A DNA stretch of 64,000 bases from an uncultured delta proteobacterium (GCA_963769935.1 CAVYNY010000020.1:96001-160000), one strand, 5' to 3'. Shown: positions 40,283-51,138, numbered from the stretch's first letter. Numbers and translations: made by a program. The notes: generated by a model not told the origin, from the sequence alone.

Positions 40283-41055
40283 ATGAAGTTTGGCAAAATG
40301 ACAGCCCTGATTGTTTTTTTAACCTTGATCGCGGCAGGTCCGGCCTGGTCGCATTTTGGGATGTTGATTCCCTCGGATTCAATGGTGATGCAGGACGACA
40401 ACCGGACGGTAACGGTCACCCTGTCTTTTTCCCACCCCTTCGAAATGGTGGGGATGGACTTGGTAAAACCTAAAGTTTTCAGCGTGCTGGCCGGCGGAAA
40501 GACCCAGAACCTGCTCGGTTCACTGGAAGCCACCCGGGTAATGGACCACACGGCCTGGCAGGCGGCATATCCGGTAAAGCGCCCCGGGGTGTATATGTTT
40601 TACATGGAGCCCGAACCATACTGGGAGCCGGCTGAGGATTCGTTTATCGTTCATTATACCAAGAGTGTCGTAGCGGCTTTTGGTGACGACGAAGGCTGGG
40701 ATGAGGAGATCGGGCTCAAGACCGAAATCGTTCCCTTGTCCAAACCCTTCGGCCTGTATGCCGGCAACGTTTTTCAGGGGATTGTGAAGCTGAACGGCAA
40801 ACCCGTACCATTTGCCGAGGTCGAAGTCGAATACTATAACAGGGACAAGAAGTATACGGCCCCGACCGAGTATATGATTACCCAAACCATCAAGTCCGAT
40901 GGCAACGGCGTGTTCACTTACGCGGCCCCGGTTTCCGGCTGGTGGGGTTTTGCGGCGCTTAAACGGAGCTGATTTCAAACTGCCGCATGAAGGAGAAGAA
41001 AAAGAATGTCGAACTGGGAGCGGTTATCTGGGTGTACTTTCATGAAATGAAATAG
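40283..41055 (+). CDS. DUF4198 periplasmic Ni/Co uptake protein (two +1 frameshifts near the 3' end)
   Basis: Signal peptide ending [35 protein letters not shown]; removing single extra A's near 40961 and 41002 restores a tail ...[15 protein letters not shown] ending at 41055. Confidence 0.85.
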
Positions 41056-41073
41056 CAAAAATAAGGAGAGAAG

Positions 41074-42180
41074 ATGAAGAGACGACCGTGTTTAACCGCT
41101 GTCGGCGGAATTGCGGCCCTAATTTGCCTCTTATTTTTGAGCGGAACCGTATCAGCATATGATGTAACGGACAAGCTGTCCATCGGCGGTGTGATCGCCG
41201 GTGCCTACCAGCAGCAGTGGGTGGACGGCGACGACAATCTGGGCCGCGGCGCGCTGCCTTTCCAGCCCGAGTTCAGCTTCCGGCCCACTGAACAGGACGA
41301 GATTTTTGCCAACTTCGGTTTTGCCGCCGGCAACGGCTTAAACGGGGTGACCGGCTTCATCCTGGCCCCCTGGGCCGCGGACCTGGAAGACGATGTCAAG
41401 GACATCAACGGCCGCAACCGGGACTACCTGCTGACCGTCTGGTACAAGCACACCTTTGCCCTGGGAGAGAACAACGCCCTGGCCCTGACCGGCGGCATCA
41501 TCGATGCGACCGCCTACATCGATGAAAATACCTATGCCAACGATGAGTACACCCAGTTCATGAACGAGGCCCTGGTCAATGCCCCCAACGGCTTTGCCCC
41601 CTCCTATGATATCGGCGGGGCCGCGGAATGGGAGGTCGGCAGCTGGGATATCACCGCCCTGGGGATGAATGTGGGGGAAAACGAGGACGGCAACAACTAC
41701 AACTTTTTTGCCGGCCAGATCGGCTACAAGCTGAAAACCGCCCTGGGAGAAGGCAACTACCGGGTGATCGGCCAGATGACGAGCAAAGAGTTTGCCGACG
41801 AAAACGGTGGCAAGGAAAAGCGGGCGGGAGTCTTCATATCATTCGATCAGCAGCTGGGCGAGATCTTCGGGGCCTGGATTCGCTGCGGCTGGCAGGACGA
41901 CCAGGTCCTTATCGACTATGATGCGCTGTTTTCAGGCGGGCTGAACATTACCGGCAAGTGGTATGGCCGCGCGGCCGACAACATCGGTATCGGCTACGCC
42001 TGGCTGAACGGCAAAAACGATTTGGACTACACACAGGTCGCCGAGGTTTATTGGCGGGTTGTGCTCAATGACTATTTTGCCGTCACAGCGGACCTGCAGT
42101 ACATGCAGGACAAATACGACACCGGCAGCGATGATGTTGACGGGTTTATCGGCGGGCTGCGGATGACTGCCGAATTCTGA
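41074..42180 (+). CDS. Outer-membrane porin (OprB/carbohydrate-porin-like beta-barrel)
   Basis: Signal peptide, DENTYANDEYTQFMN, GR..DNIGIGY, EVYW, TADLQY, C-terminal Phe. Confidence 0.8.
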   Translation: MKRRPCLTAVGGIAALICLLFLSGTVSAYDVTDKLSIGGVIAGAYQQQWVDGDDNLGRGALPFQPEFSFRPTEQDEIFANFGFAAGNGLNGVTGFILAPWAADLEDDVKDINGRNRDYLLTVWYKHTFALGENNALALTGGIIDATAYIDENTYANDEYTQFMNEALVNAPNGFAPSYDIGGAAEWEVGSWDITALGMNVGENEDGNNYNFFAGQIGYKLKTALGEGNYRVIGQMTSKEFADENGGKEKRAGVFISFDQQLGEIFGAWIRCGWQDDQVLIDYDALFSGGLNITGKWYGRAADNIGIGYAWLNGKNDLDYTQVAEVYWRVVLNDYFAVTADLQYMQDKYDTGSDDVDGFIGGLRMTAEF

Positions 42181-42269
42181 TCTGATTTTTTTATCTAGTC
42201 CGCTGCCCCCGTGGGAAATCACAAAATTCTGGTGCCGATTGCCTTCGGGTAAAAGAAAGGATTTCTCTT

Positions 42270-42875
42270 ATGCACATTTCTGAAGGAGTTCTATCCGCTC
42301 CCGTGCTGCTTTCGGGCGCGGCCCTGGCTGCCGTAGGGACGGGGATCGGGTTGAAGAAACTGGACTATGATCAGATAGCCAAAGCCGGCATGCTTTCGGC
42401 TGCCTTTTTTGTGGCGTCGCTGGTCCATGTCCCCATCGGGCCGTCCAATGTCCACTTGATATTGAACGGACTGGTGGGTCTTCTCCTGGGCTGGGGGGCC
42501 TTTCCGGCCATCCTGGTCGCACTGGTATTGCAGGCCGTTTTTTTCCAGTTCGGAGGCATTACGACCTTAGGGGTAAATACCGTCGTTATGGCGCTGCCGG
42601 CGACCCTTTGTTATCTTATTTTCGGACGGTTTGTCCAAAAAAGCTCCCGGACGGCCGTCATCGCCGCCTTTGCCTGTGGATTTCTGTCGGTGTTGCTGAG
42701 CGGGTTGTTGGTCGCCTTCTCTCTGGTTTTTACGGATGAGAATTTCCTGGATGTATCCGGCATCATCCTTGCCGCCCATGTACCGGTTATGATTATTGAA
42801 GGTATTGTTACTGCCATTTGTGTGGCCTTTTTGCGCAAAGTAAAGCCGGAGATGCTGCTGACCGGGCCGGACTAA
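42270..42875 (+). CDS. cbiM: Co/Ni ECF transporter S component CbiM/NikM
   Basis: N-terminal MHISEG, SLVHVP, VHL.LNGL, LQAVFFQFGG.TTLGVN. Confidence 0.93.
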   Translation: MHISEGVLSAPVLLSGAALAAVGTGIGLKKLDYDQIAKAGMLSAAFFVASLVHVPIGPSNVHLILNGLVGLLLGWGAFPAILVALVLQAVFFQFGGITTLGVNTVVMALPATLCYLIFGRFVQKSSRTAVIAAFACGFLSVLLSGLLVAFSLVFTDENFLDVSGIILAAHVPVMIIEGIVTAICVAFLRKVKPEMLLTGPD

Positions 42876-42949
42876 GCAATGCTTGTTTTAATGTTGGAAA
42901 TAGAAAACAATTCCTGCAAAACGCCGAAAAACGGTTTAAGAGGCGAGGT

Positions 42950-43613
42950 ATGCGTATGAATAAATTCAGGGTAAAAATGGCTGTTGCGGTTGTGATGTTT
43001 TCATGCTTTGCGTTTTTGTCGGTACATTCTGCATTTGCCCACCGGGTCAGCGTCTTTGCCTGGGTGGAAGGCGACAAGATTTACCTGGAAAGCAAATTTG
43101 CCGGCGGCCGGCCGGTGAAATCCGGCAAGGTCGTTGTTACCGATCCCCAGGGTGCCGAGTTGCTGTCCGGCGTGACCAATGATGAGGGTGAATTTTCTTT
43201 CAAAATTCCCGAACGGACGGACTTAAAAATTGTGCTGATCGCCGGACAGGGGCATCAGGCCGAGTGGACCATCCACAAGGCCGAGATGGAGGATTTGCCG
43301 TCCGGGACGGCATCTGAAGGCCGGCGCTGAAAAGTCCGGAGCCGCCGGACAAAAGAAACGCTGTTACCAAAATATCTGTCGATAACGGAACCGGCCGCGC
43401 CAGGCGCTGTTATGAGTCCGAAAGAATTGGAAGCAGTCATCGAATCTGTTCTGGATCGAAAATTGAAACCCATCACGAAAGATGCTGGCCGATCTGCAGC
43501 AGGAGGGCCCCTCCATCAAAGACATATTTGCAGGCATCGGCTACATCTTCGGGCTTGTGGGCGTTGCGGCATATGTTCAAAGCCGTAAAAAGAGTCAGGA
43601 TTCCAGACATTGA
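42950..43613 (+). CDS. CbiL/NikL-like accessory component (several frameshifts)
   Basis: Signal peptide ending AFA-H, VFAWVEG, TNDEGEFSF, GQGH; downstream frames give LEAVIESVLDRKLKPI and GPSIKDIFAGIGYIFGLVG, ending TGA at 43613. Confidence 0.75.
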
Positions 43614-43640
43614 TCCGGCAGCGAGCCATGCGATGATCTT

Positions 43641-46600
43641 TCATTTGGCACCGGATCGGTTAAAGAAGTGGAAAAGCACCGGCATGACCAGCAGTACGAG
43701 GGGCATCTGCGCCACCAAGCCTGAAATAATGGCGATGGCCAGCGGCTGCAGCATCTCCGACCCCTGTCCCAGGCCCAAAGCCACGGGCAGCAGGGCCAGG
43801 ATGGCGGCGATCGTGGTCATGGCGATGGGCCGCAGACGGTTGATACCGGCCTGAATCAGAACATTGCTGTCCGGTTCCTTGAGGGTGAGCAAATTTCGAT
43901 ACTCGGAGAAGTAAAATATCGCCACTTCGGTGACGATGCCGACGACCATGGTCATACCCATCATGGCCGTTATGTTCAGCTCGACGTTCGTGGCCCACAG
44001 TCCGATGAACACCGCCGACATAGCCATCAAGGGCATGAGGATGATGGTAATTACGATCAGAAACCGTTCGTACAGGAACAACAGCAGCAGGAACACGAGC
44101 GACACCGCCGCGGCGAAGACCGTGATCAGTCCCCGAAAAGCGATTTGCTGCTGCTTGTAGAGCCCGCCCATCTCGTAGTAAATGCCTTTGGGAAGCAGAC
44201 CGCTTTTCTGCAACGCCTGCTCCACATCGTGAGCCGCCGGACCCATGCTGCGTCCGCTGATGCGGGCGGTCACCGCCACCATCCGTTTCAGGTTGTCGCG
44301 GGTGATCTGCGGTTGGCCGGTGACGGTTTCCACCGTGGCGATGCGGCCTAATGGAAACCGGTGGCCATCGGCGGCCGTCAGACTCAATGCGGCAATTTGG
44401 TCCTCTCGCATCCGCAGAGCTGCGGGCACCCATACCCGTATGCCGATCAGCTTGATGTTTTTTTGTACTTTGGTGGTGACGATCCCGCTCAGGTAGGCCT
44501 CCAACTGACTGGTCACGGCCTCCGGATCGATGCCCTCCAGCGCTCCCTTTGATCTGTCCACCTTGATTTCGAGGGAATCGCCGGCAATGACGATGCCGCT
44601 GCGCACGCTGACAATTCCCCGCACTTGCCCGATGGCGCGGGCTACCTTGGGAGCCGTGTCCAGCAATTGCTGAGTATTGTCGCCGAACAGCTTGATCTCG
44701 ATGGGCTGGGGAACGGCGGTCAAGTCGCCGATGAGATCTTCGATCAGTTGGGCCGTCTCGACTTCCAGTCCTGGAACCTGCTGCTCGATTTGCCCCCGGA
44801 CGGCGTCCATGACCGCCCAGACTGAGCGTCGCGGAGGCGGCTTGAGATCGATAAAGTAATCGCCTTGGTTGGCTTCGGTAATTCCCCCGCCGAGCTGGGT
44901 GCCGGTGCGCCGCGAATAGGTAGCAATCTCCGGAACGGTTTTCAGGATAGCGTCCACCTGCTCCAGCAGGCGATCGGTCTCGGCCAGCGAAGTTCCAGGC
45001 GGGGTCAGGTAGTCCAGCACGAATCCGCTCTCGTCCATCTTGGGAAGGAAGCCCGAGCCAACCCGGCTGTAGGCAAAGGTACCACCGATCAGCAGGGGCA
45101 AGACACCGGCCACCAGAAGCCAGGGGTGAGCCACAATGGTTTTCATCAAGCTCCTGTATCCGTGCTGAAAGGCATGCGTGATGCGGCCTTCATCTTCTCG
45201 AGCGGCATCTTTGCCGCCAAGTAGATGTTCGCACAACAGGGGAATGGCCAGCCAGGCCACCACGTAGGAAACCAGCAGTGCGCTGGCCATGGTCACTGAC
45301 AAGGCCTTGAAGAAGGCGCCGGTGACGCCGCTGAGAAACGCCAGCGGCAAAAAGATGATGATGGTAGACCCGGATGAACCGCTGAGCGGATGGACAAACT
45401 CGGTGGCAGCCTGGCGGATTATGTCAGAGTCAGAGCCGTGGCTCTGGCGTACACGCCGGATGATGTTTTCGAGCATGACGATAGCATCGTCGATGATCAG
45501 TCCCACTGCCGCTGCCATGCCGCCCAGGGTCATGATGTTGAAACTCATATTGAGCAGGTAGAGCACGAGCACAGCGGTTGCCAGCACCGCCGGCACCGTC
45601 AGAACGGCAATCAGGGTAATTTTGAGACTGCGCAGAAACAGCAGCAGCATCAGGGCTGCCAGACCGGCGCCGATGAGGACCGCATCACGCACGCTGCTGG
45701 CGGTTTCAGTCACCAGTCGGCTCTGATCATACCAGCTGTGGATCGAAATGCCGGGAGGCAGGCGGTCCTGAAATTGCTTCAACCGCGTCTTGATCTGCGC
45801 CACGATGTCGACGGTGTTGCCCCCCGGCTGCTGGTAGATCGACATCGATACCGCGTTTCGGCCGTCGGCCATTATGGTTTGCCAGTTCGGCACGCTGGAC
45901 AGCGCCACAGTGGCGATATCTTCCAGTCGCACCAAGCCGTTTTCATCGGTTCTGAGAACCGTGGCGCCAATCTGCGCCAGATCGTGGAAACGGGTGTCCG
46001 ACAGGAGCAGAAACAGTTTGTAATGATCCTGCAGTCGCCCGACGGCTTTGAGCACATTGGACGCCGATACGGCCTTGATGACATCCTCGATGGTGAGTCC
46101 ATAAGCCTGCAGCAGGGCCGGATCGGCAGAGACGCGGTACTCGGCCTCTTCGCCCCCCATGACCGGAACTCTGGCGACGCCGTCGATCGCCGACAGGAGC
46201 GGCGAAAGCTGATACTGGGCGATATCGCGCAGCTCAATCAGGCCGTGGGAGTCCGAGGTCAGGCTGTAGGCCGCGACCGGATAGACCGTTGCATCCATGC
46301 GGCGGGCGCTGAAAGAAGTCCCCGCCGGCAGGGATGAGAGCTGCTGGTTCACTACCGATTCAACCTGCAGCAACGCTACGACCATGTCATGTCCCCAGGA
46401 GAAGTCGATCGATATATCGGCGCTGCCGCGGCTGGTCGTGGAGCGGATGCTGTGCACGCCGGGAATGGCATGCAGCGCTTCTTCCACCGGGCGGGTGATC
46501 GTGAGAACCATTTGGCCGGCGGGGCGATCGCCGGCCTCCAGCATGACTTCGATGCGGGGAAAATCTACACGGGGAAACAGCGCCACCGGCAGTTTCAAGG

Positions 46601-46685
46601 CGCTCACCAGCCCCCCGAGGACCAACAACGCCAGTAGAAACAGAATCGAGCGGCGATGCCCGGCGACCCGGTCGGCAAAACTCAC
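43641..46685 (-). CDS. RND efflux permease subunit (AcrB/CusA superfamily)
   Basis: ALFP..DFP.I, TRPVEE, GLIIDDAIVMLEN, RLRPIAMTT, PLAIAIISGL. Confidence 0.93.
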   Translation of the reverse strand: MSFADRVAGHRRSILFLLALLVLGGLVSALKLPVALFPRVDFPRIEVMLEAGDRPAGQMVLTITRPVEEALHAIPGVHSIRSTTSRGSADISIDFSWGHDMVVALLQVESVVNQQLSSLPAGTSFSARRMDATVYPVAAYSLTSDSHGLIELRDIAQYQLSPLLSAIDGVARVPVMGGEEAEYRVSADPALLQAYGLTIEDVIKAVSASNVLKAVGRLQDHYKLFLLLSDTRFHDLAQIGATVLRTDENGLVRLEDIATVALSSVPNWQTIMADGRNAVSMSIYQQPGGNTVDIVAQIKTRLKQFQDRLPPGISIHSWYDQSRLVTETASSVRDAVLIGAGLAALMLLLFLRSLKITLIAVLTVPAVLATAVLVLYLLNMSFNIMTLGGMAAAVGLIIDDAIVMLENIIRRVRQSHGSDSDIIRQAATEFVHPLSGSSGSTIIIFLPLAFLSGVTGAFFKALSVTMASALLVSYVVAWLAIPLLCEHLLGGKDAAREDEGRITHAFQHGYRSLMKTIVAHPWLLVAGVLPLLIGGTFAYSRVGSGFLPKMDESGFVLDYLTPPGTSLAETDRLLEQVDAILKTVPEIATYSRRTGTQLGGGITEANQGDYFIDLKPPPRRSVWAVMDAVRGQIEQQVPGLEVETAQLIEDLIGDLTAVPQPIEIKLFGDNTQQLLDTAPKVARAIGQVRGIVSVRSGIVIAGDSLEIKVDRSKGALEGIDPEAVTSQLEAYLSGIVTTKVQKNIKLIGIRVWVPAALRMREDQIAALSLTAADGHRFPLGRIATVETVTGQPQITRDNLKRMVAVTARISGRSMGPAAHDVEQALQKSGLLPKGIYYEMGGLYKQQQIAFRGLITVFAAAVSLVFLLLLFLYERFLIVITIILMPLMAMSAVFIGLWATNVELNITAMMGMTMVVGIVTEVAIFYFSEYRNLLTLKEPDSNVLIQAGINRLRPIAMTTIAAILALLPVALGLGQGSEMLQPLAIAIISGLVAQMPLVLLVMPVLFHFFNRSGAK

Positions 46686-47728
46686 GGCTGCACCTCCTGC
46701 AGCGCCATGCCGTCTTTGAGCTCGTAGTTGCCCACGATGACCACGGCATCACCGGCCTTCAGCGGTCCTTCGACCGCCACCAGCCCTCTGTCCTCAAGCC
46801 CGGTCGTAACAGCCACTCGATGGGCTCGACCATTTTGAACGATGAACAGATACGCTCCCTGTGCATCCTTCAATACGGCACTGCGCGGCACGGCCAGGGT
46901 TTTTTCCTCGTTCAGGGTTATTGTCCCTTTGATCCGGTCGCCCAACACAAGTGGGGCCGACTTGGCTGCCGGCACCCGCGTCAGTACGTCCACCAGCCGC
47001 GTGCGCGGGTTAACCATGGCCAGCACTGTGCTGACCTGCACCTCGACTCGCCATTGCTGTTCGAACAGGGATTCCAGCACCACTTTCATCCCGGGTGCGA
47101 CGCGACGGGCGTCCTCCGGTTCCACGCCCAGTGGCACGAGCAGCGTGTCCTCGCTGGCCAGCAGCACGGCATCGGTGTCGGCCTGGACGCGCTGCCCCTG
47201 GCTTACCTTCAGCTCGATCACGATCCCCGCAAAAGGCGAGCGAATGATCGTCATGTTTTTCTCGTTGCCCAGCTTGAGCAGCGCAGCCAACTTGGCTTCG
47301 GCATCGCTGAGGTCGCGCTCTGCGGCCGCGACCTGATCGTGGGTTGCCAACTGCTGGGAAAACAGGCTTTGGGTTTGCTGCAGTTTGCTGCGCGCATAGT
47401 CAACTGCGGCTTTGGCCTGCTGGTAGTCCATGCGGGCCTGCGGGGCGGTGTCGAGTTCCAGGAGTTCCTGATTGGGGGTGACCCGCTGGCCGAGGCGGAC
47501 CAGCAGGCGGTTGATCGTACCGGCCCGCGGCAGTGAAATGCTGCTGATATGATCCGGGTCGGCTTGGACCTGCCCGTAAGCGACGACCGTCTTTTTCAGG
47601 ATGTGTTGCGCCAACGGCAGGGTTTGAACCTGGGCCTGAGGTTCGGCCAGGGCCGGGATCGTTGCCGGGTACACGGCGAGAAGGGCGGACAACAGATATA
47701 GCTTGGAATGACGGATAAAACAGTTCAT
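46682..47728 (-). CDS. RND efflux periplasmic adaptor (MFP)
   Basis: Lipoyl-like halves (V.LGQRV, IRSPFAGIV), TLAVPRSAV, GPLKAGDAVV; ATG at 47728. Confidence 0.9.
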   Translation of the reverse strand: MNCFIRHSKLYLLSALLAVYPATIPALAEPQAQVQTLPLAQHILKKTVVAYGQVQADPDHISSISLPRAGTINRLLVRLGQRVTPNQELLELDTAPQARMDYQQAKAAVDYARSKLQQTQSLFSQQLATHDQVAAAERDLSDAEAKLAALLKLGNEKNMTIIRSPFAGIVIELKVSQGQRVQADTDAVLLASEDTLLVPLGVEPEDARRVAPGMKVVLESLFEQQWRVEVQVSTVLAMVNPRTRLVDVLTRVPAAKSAPLVLGDRIKGTITLNEEKTLAVPRSAVLKDAQGAYLFIVQNGRAHRVAVTTGLEDRGLVAVEGPLKAGDAVVIVGNYELKDGMALQEVQP

Positions 47729-49095
47729 GGTCGATACTTTCCAGGGGCCGGGGCGGAAGTCTCCGCGGGCCAGGCCAGCAGTGTATCCAATGCGATGCGG
47801 ATTTCCCACAGGGACTGCTCCAGGTCCACGGCTTCCAGGCGCTGGTTGAGAAGGGTATTGGCCATGTTGACATAAGCCAGCGAATCGATGTTGCCGGCCT
47901 CGTAGGCTCGGGTCGCCTTTGCAACCATCTGCTCCAGAATCGGCAGCTTTTGGTTGAGTGTGGAACGTTGCTGGGAAAGCAGCTCATACCGGGTCTGCAG
48001 CAGGTCGATCTGGGTCAGCGCCTGGTCCAAGCGCAGCTGATAGGCCTGCGCGAGCTGAGCCCGTGTTGCGCGCTGGATGGCGATCTGGCCCCGGTTGGCG
48101 TTCAAGACCGGCAGGTTCAACGTGATGCCGACACCGATGCTGGTTACATCGCCTGTATCCCGGCCCCAGTTGGGCCCGAGGCTTAAGGTGGGGAACTGGG
48201 CCAGTATCGCTCGGCGGACTTTTTCCTCCTGGCTGGCATATCCCGCCTGCAGCGCCAGCAGATCGGGCCGGCGCTTGGGTAGATCGGCCATGGCTGCCTG
48301 CAGGTTTGTCTGCTGAAGCGGTAGCGGCGCCGGCAGGAGTGTTAGATCAAGGGTTACATCGGGTTGCAGTCCCAGCAGGAGGTTGAAGTCGTGCCGAGTC
48401 TGATTCACCGTCAACGCCATCTGGCTCACCCTGGTGTTGGCGTCGAGCAGGGCGGTCAGGTCGGTGCCGGTCACATCCAGGGTAAGATTGCCCGCTTCGA
48501 GGGCCTGGGAGGAGCGGGCGTAGCGTTGTGCATAGAGCGTTTGTGCCTGGCGCAGCAAGGCCAGCTTGCGATCCTGCTGGACGCTCTGCACGAAGAGCGC
48601 GCGGGCCTGCTGGACGGTCAGCCACTCCTGCCAAAGGATATCCAGATCCACCTGCCGCGCGGCGGCGCTTGCCGCTTTGATGCCGGCGCCGCGGGTCACC
48701 AGGGTCATGACGTCGTAGCTCAAACCGATCCCATATGCATCGGTCAGAGGAGGCGGCCCCGAGGTGGGATGAGCGCCGCTCAGAGAGAGCTGGGGATCCG
48801 GCAACAGACGGGCATCGAACAACTGCGCTCCCGCAATCTCGGCTTCGAGACGGCGGGCCTTGAGTTCGGGGTTGTTGATGACCGCCAGGATGGCCACTTC
48901 AGTCATGTCGAGGCCGTCGTCCGGATTGAAAGGGTGCGAACGCAGCAATGGTAGGGGCAGTAGCCGGGGATCGACTTTCAGCCGTCGGACCCCTTTCGCC
49001 ATATCCGGCCCTTCGGGCAAAGGTTGTGGCTGATATGACGCGCAGCCAGTCAGCAGCACCGCTATAGCTATGATTATCACCCACACGGCTTTCAT
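47725..49095 (-). CDS. TolC family outer-membrane factor (lipoprotein)
   Basis: Lipobox LTGC, NNPELKA, RPDLLA, QFP.L, LPV.NANRG. Confidence 0.9.
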   Translation of the reverse strand: MKAVWVIIIAIAVLLTGCASYQPQPLPEGPDMAKGVRRLKVDPRLLPLPLLRSHPFNPDDGLDMTEVAILAVINNPELKARRLEAEIAGAQLFDARLLPDPQLSLSGAHPTSGPPPLTDAYGIGLSYDVMTLVTRGAGIKAASAAARQVDLDILWQEWLTVQQARALFVQSVQQDRKLALLRQAQTLYAQRYARSSQALEAGNLTLDVTGTDLTALLDANTRVSQMALTVNQTRHDFNLLLGLQPDVTLDLTLLPAPLPLQQTNLQAAMADLPKRRPDLLALQAGYASQEEKVRRAILAQFPTLSLGPNWGRDTGDVTSIGVGITLNLPVLNANRGQIAIQRATRAQLAQAYQLRLDQALTQIDLLQTRYELLSQQRSTLNQKLPILEQMVAKATRAYEAGNIDSLAYVNMANTLLNQRLEAVDLEQSLWEIRIALDTLLAWPAETSAPAPGKYRP

Positions 49096-49604
49096 GTGGT
49101 CCTTTTTCCCCCACGGGCTGACTCATGAGACTGGTTTACAAATTCGGCGTCCGACCGTGCCGATTATCATTCGACTCCAGGTGCGCCCAATACACTGGAC
49201 TGTTTATTTTCAGATGCGAAAATTTTCTCTCATTTATGAACTATGGTCGATAAAAAGTCAATTAAATGTGCCGAAAGCTCTCTAAACCCTATATTCTGAA
49301 GTATCCGCCGTTGTCACACCGAGGTGTGACTGTGGCAAGGTTGGCTGGGGTGTTGAAATAATACAGTATTCAAAAAGCCTTCAGACCTATCGCGATCAGG
49401 CCAGTACGGCAGTATCCATAGCCACCGGCGCACACTGTATTGGTTATCAAAATAGCAGGCCATTATGAAGAAAGCATGAACCCGCCGATGATTTCCCGCC
49501 TAGACAAAACAGGAAAATGAGGCAGAGTATATAGAGCTGGTTGGGAAGTCCCTTAGCTGTAATTTATTTCTTGACAAAAATAGGCTCACTGTTTTACTGA
49601 AATA

Positions 49605-49775
49605 TATAAGGTGCGTAAGCTTAATAGGGAATCCCGTTAGAATCGGGAACGGTCCCGCCGCTGTAACCCTGCTTCATTAATTGAAGAAAACCAGTTCGGC
49701 CCCGTGCGCCACTGTATCGTTTTAACGGAATGGGAAGGCCGCCGGACGGGCGGGGGAGTCAGAAGACCTGCCTTG
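49605..49775 (+). ncRNA. Cobalamin (B12) riboswitch
   Basis: AGGTGC...TAATAGGGAA-TCCCG-TTAGAAT-CGGGAACGG.CCCGCCGCTGTAA...GCCACTG...TGGGAAGGC...AGTCAGAAGACCTGCC (B12 box), upstream of cbiK. Confidence 0.95.
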
Positions 49776-49845
49776 CCAATACGCTATTGCTCTGCGGGCA
49801 ACAGAGCGTGTTGTGATATGAAAAGGGTTAAGAAAACTGGGTGCA

Positions 49846-49881
49846 GCCCTTCAGGCGTGAACGCTTGAAGGGTTTTTTTTT
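49846..49881 (+). terminator. Intrinsic terminator, likely riboswitch expression platform
   Basis: CCCTTCAGGCG / CGCTTGAAGGG stem followed by T9. Confidence 0.85.
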
Positions 49882-50089
49882 GCAATTTATCTTATTCGAC
49901 CTCTATGTGAGATCTTCCACAAAAAAGGAGGTGAGCTCAGGTCGTATGAAATAGAAACCGACACCAAGGGGATAGACGTTGACGGGATCCCCGGAAGTAT
50001 TCGGCTTACCAGGGAAGTGTGACATTTTTCCAACTTATTGGAGAACATCTATTTGAAGGTCAAAGGCAACTGCAAAGGAGAGTCTTCGA

Positions 50090-50972
50090 ATGAAAAAAAG
50101 AAATCCTGATTTCGGTGATCGCTGTGTTCACTGTAGTTATGTCTGTGCACTGCTGCCTGGGCTGCCGAGCACGGGCACAAAGCCCCTAAGAAGGTAGGAA
50201 TTTTGTTGGTGGCCTTCGGATCCAGCGAAGCCAGCGCCCAGGTGTCCTTTGAAAACATCGATAAAAAGACCAAGGCCGCTTTTCCGGATATTCCCGTACG
50301 TTGGGCCTATACTTCCAGCATAATCCGCAAAAAGCTGGCCAAACAGGGCAAGTACCTGGATTCACCTGAAGTCGCCCTGGCCAAAATGATGGATGAAGGA
50401 TTTACCCATGTGGCGGTGCAATCGCTGCACACCATCGGCGGCGAGGAATACCACGATTTGAGCCGCACTGTGGAGGGCTTCCAGGTGATGGGCGGCTTTC
50501 AGCGCATTATCCTGGCATATCCGCTGCTGGCCACCCAGGAAGACATGCAGCGTGCTGTGGACGGGATTCTGGAAACTATTCCCAAAGAAAGAAAAGAAAA
50601 CGAAGCGGTGGTTTTGATGGGGCACGGCACCCGCATCCATCCAACGCTTTTTATGCCGCCTTGATGTTTCAGCTTCAACTCAAGGATCCCAACATTTTCG
50701 TCGGCACCGTTGAAGGATACCCTGAAGTCGGTTTAATCAAAGATCTGATGCTCAAAAAGAAAATCAAAAAAGCGTATTTGATGCCGTTTATGTCGGTCGC
50801 CGGCGACCATGCTAAACACGACATGGCCGGTGATGATGCGGATTCCTGGAAATCAATTTTCGCCAAAGCCGGTATCCAGTGCGTTCCCATTCTCAAGGGA
50901 ACCGCTGAATATGATGTCTTCGTCGACATGTGGGTCGATCACCTCAAGGGCCCGTTGAGCCATTTTAAATGA
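50090..50972 (+). CDS. cbiK: Sirohydrochlorin cobaltochelatase CbiK with signal peptide (about three frameshifts)
   Basis: GILLVAFGSS, WAYTS.IIR, VQSLH.I.G.EY, LMGHGT, VGTVEGYP, PFMSVAGDHA; frame breaks near 50095, 50142 and 50632; RBS AAGGAG before ATG 50090. Confidence 0.88.
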
Positions 50973-51138
50973 TTCTTCCATTTATATACACCGCATCATA
51001 TTTAAATGTGTATTCGCTTTTTTCTGGTCGATAAAAGAACCGCTTCAGTAGGTAGACATGGGTAAAACACTGGGCATGTATGCGCCATGAATTAGGTCCT
51101 TTTGTATAATTAGTTCTACTTTGTCATATTGGCTTTTA

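Noticed and set aside
49925..50022. Strong SD (AAGGAGGTGA) followed by ATG AAA TAG as a leader peptide
   Set aside because: SD-ATG spacing is long and there is no supportable ORF; may be a remnant or an indel artefact.
49244..51036. 12-bp direct repeat TGGTCGATAAAA at 49244 and 51025 flanking riboswitch-cbiK, as att or target-site duplication
   Set aside because: No integrase or transposase nearby, and on the order of a hundred chance 12-mer pairs are expected in 64 kb.
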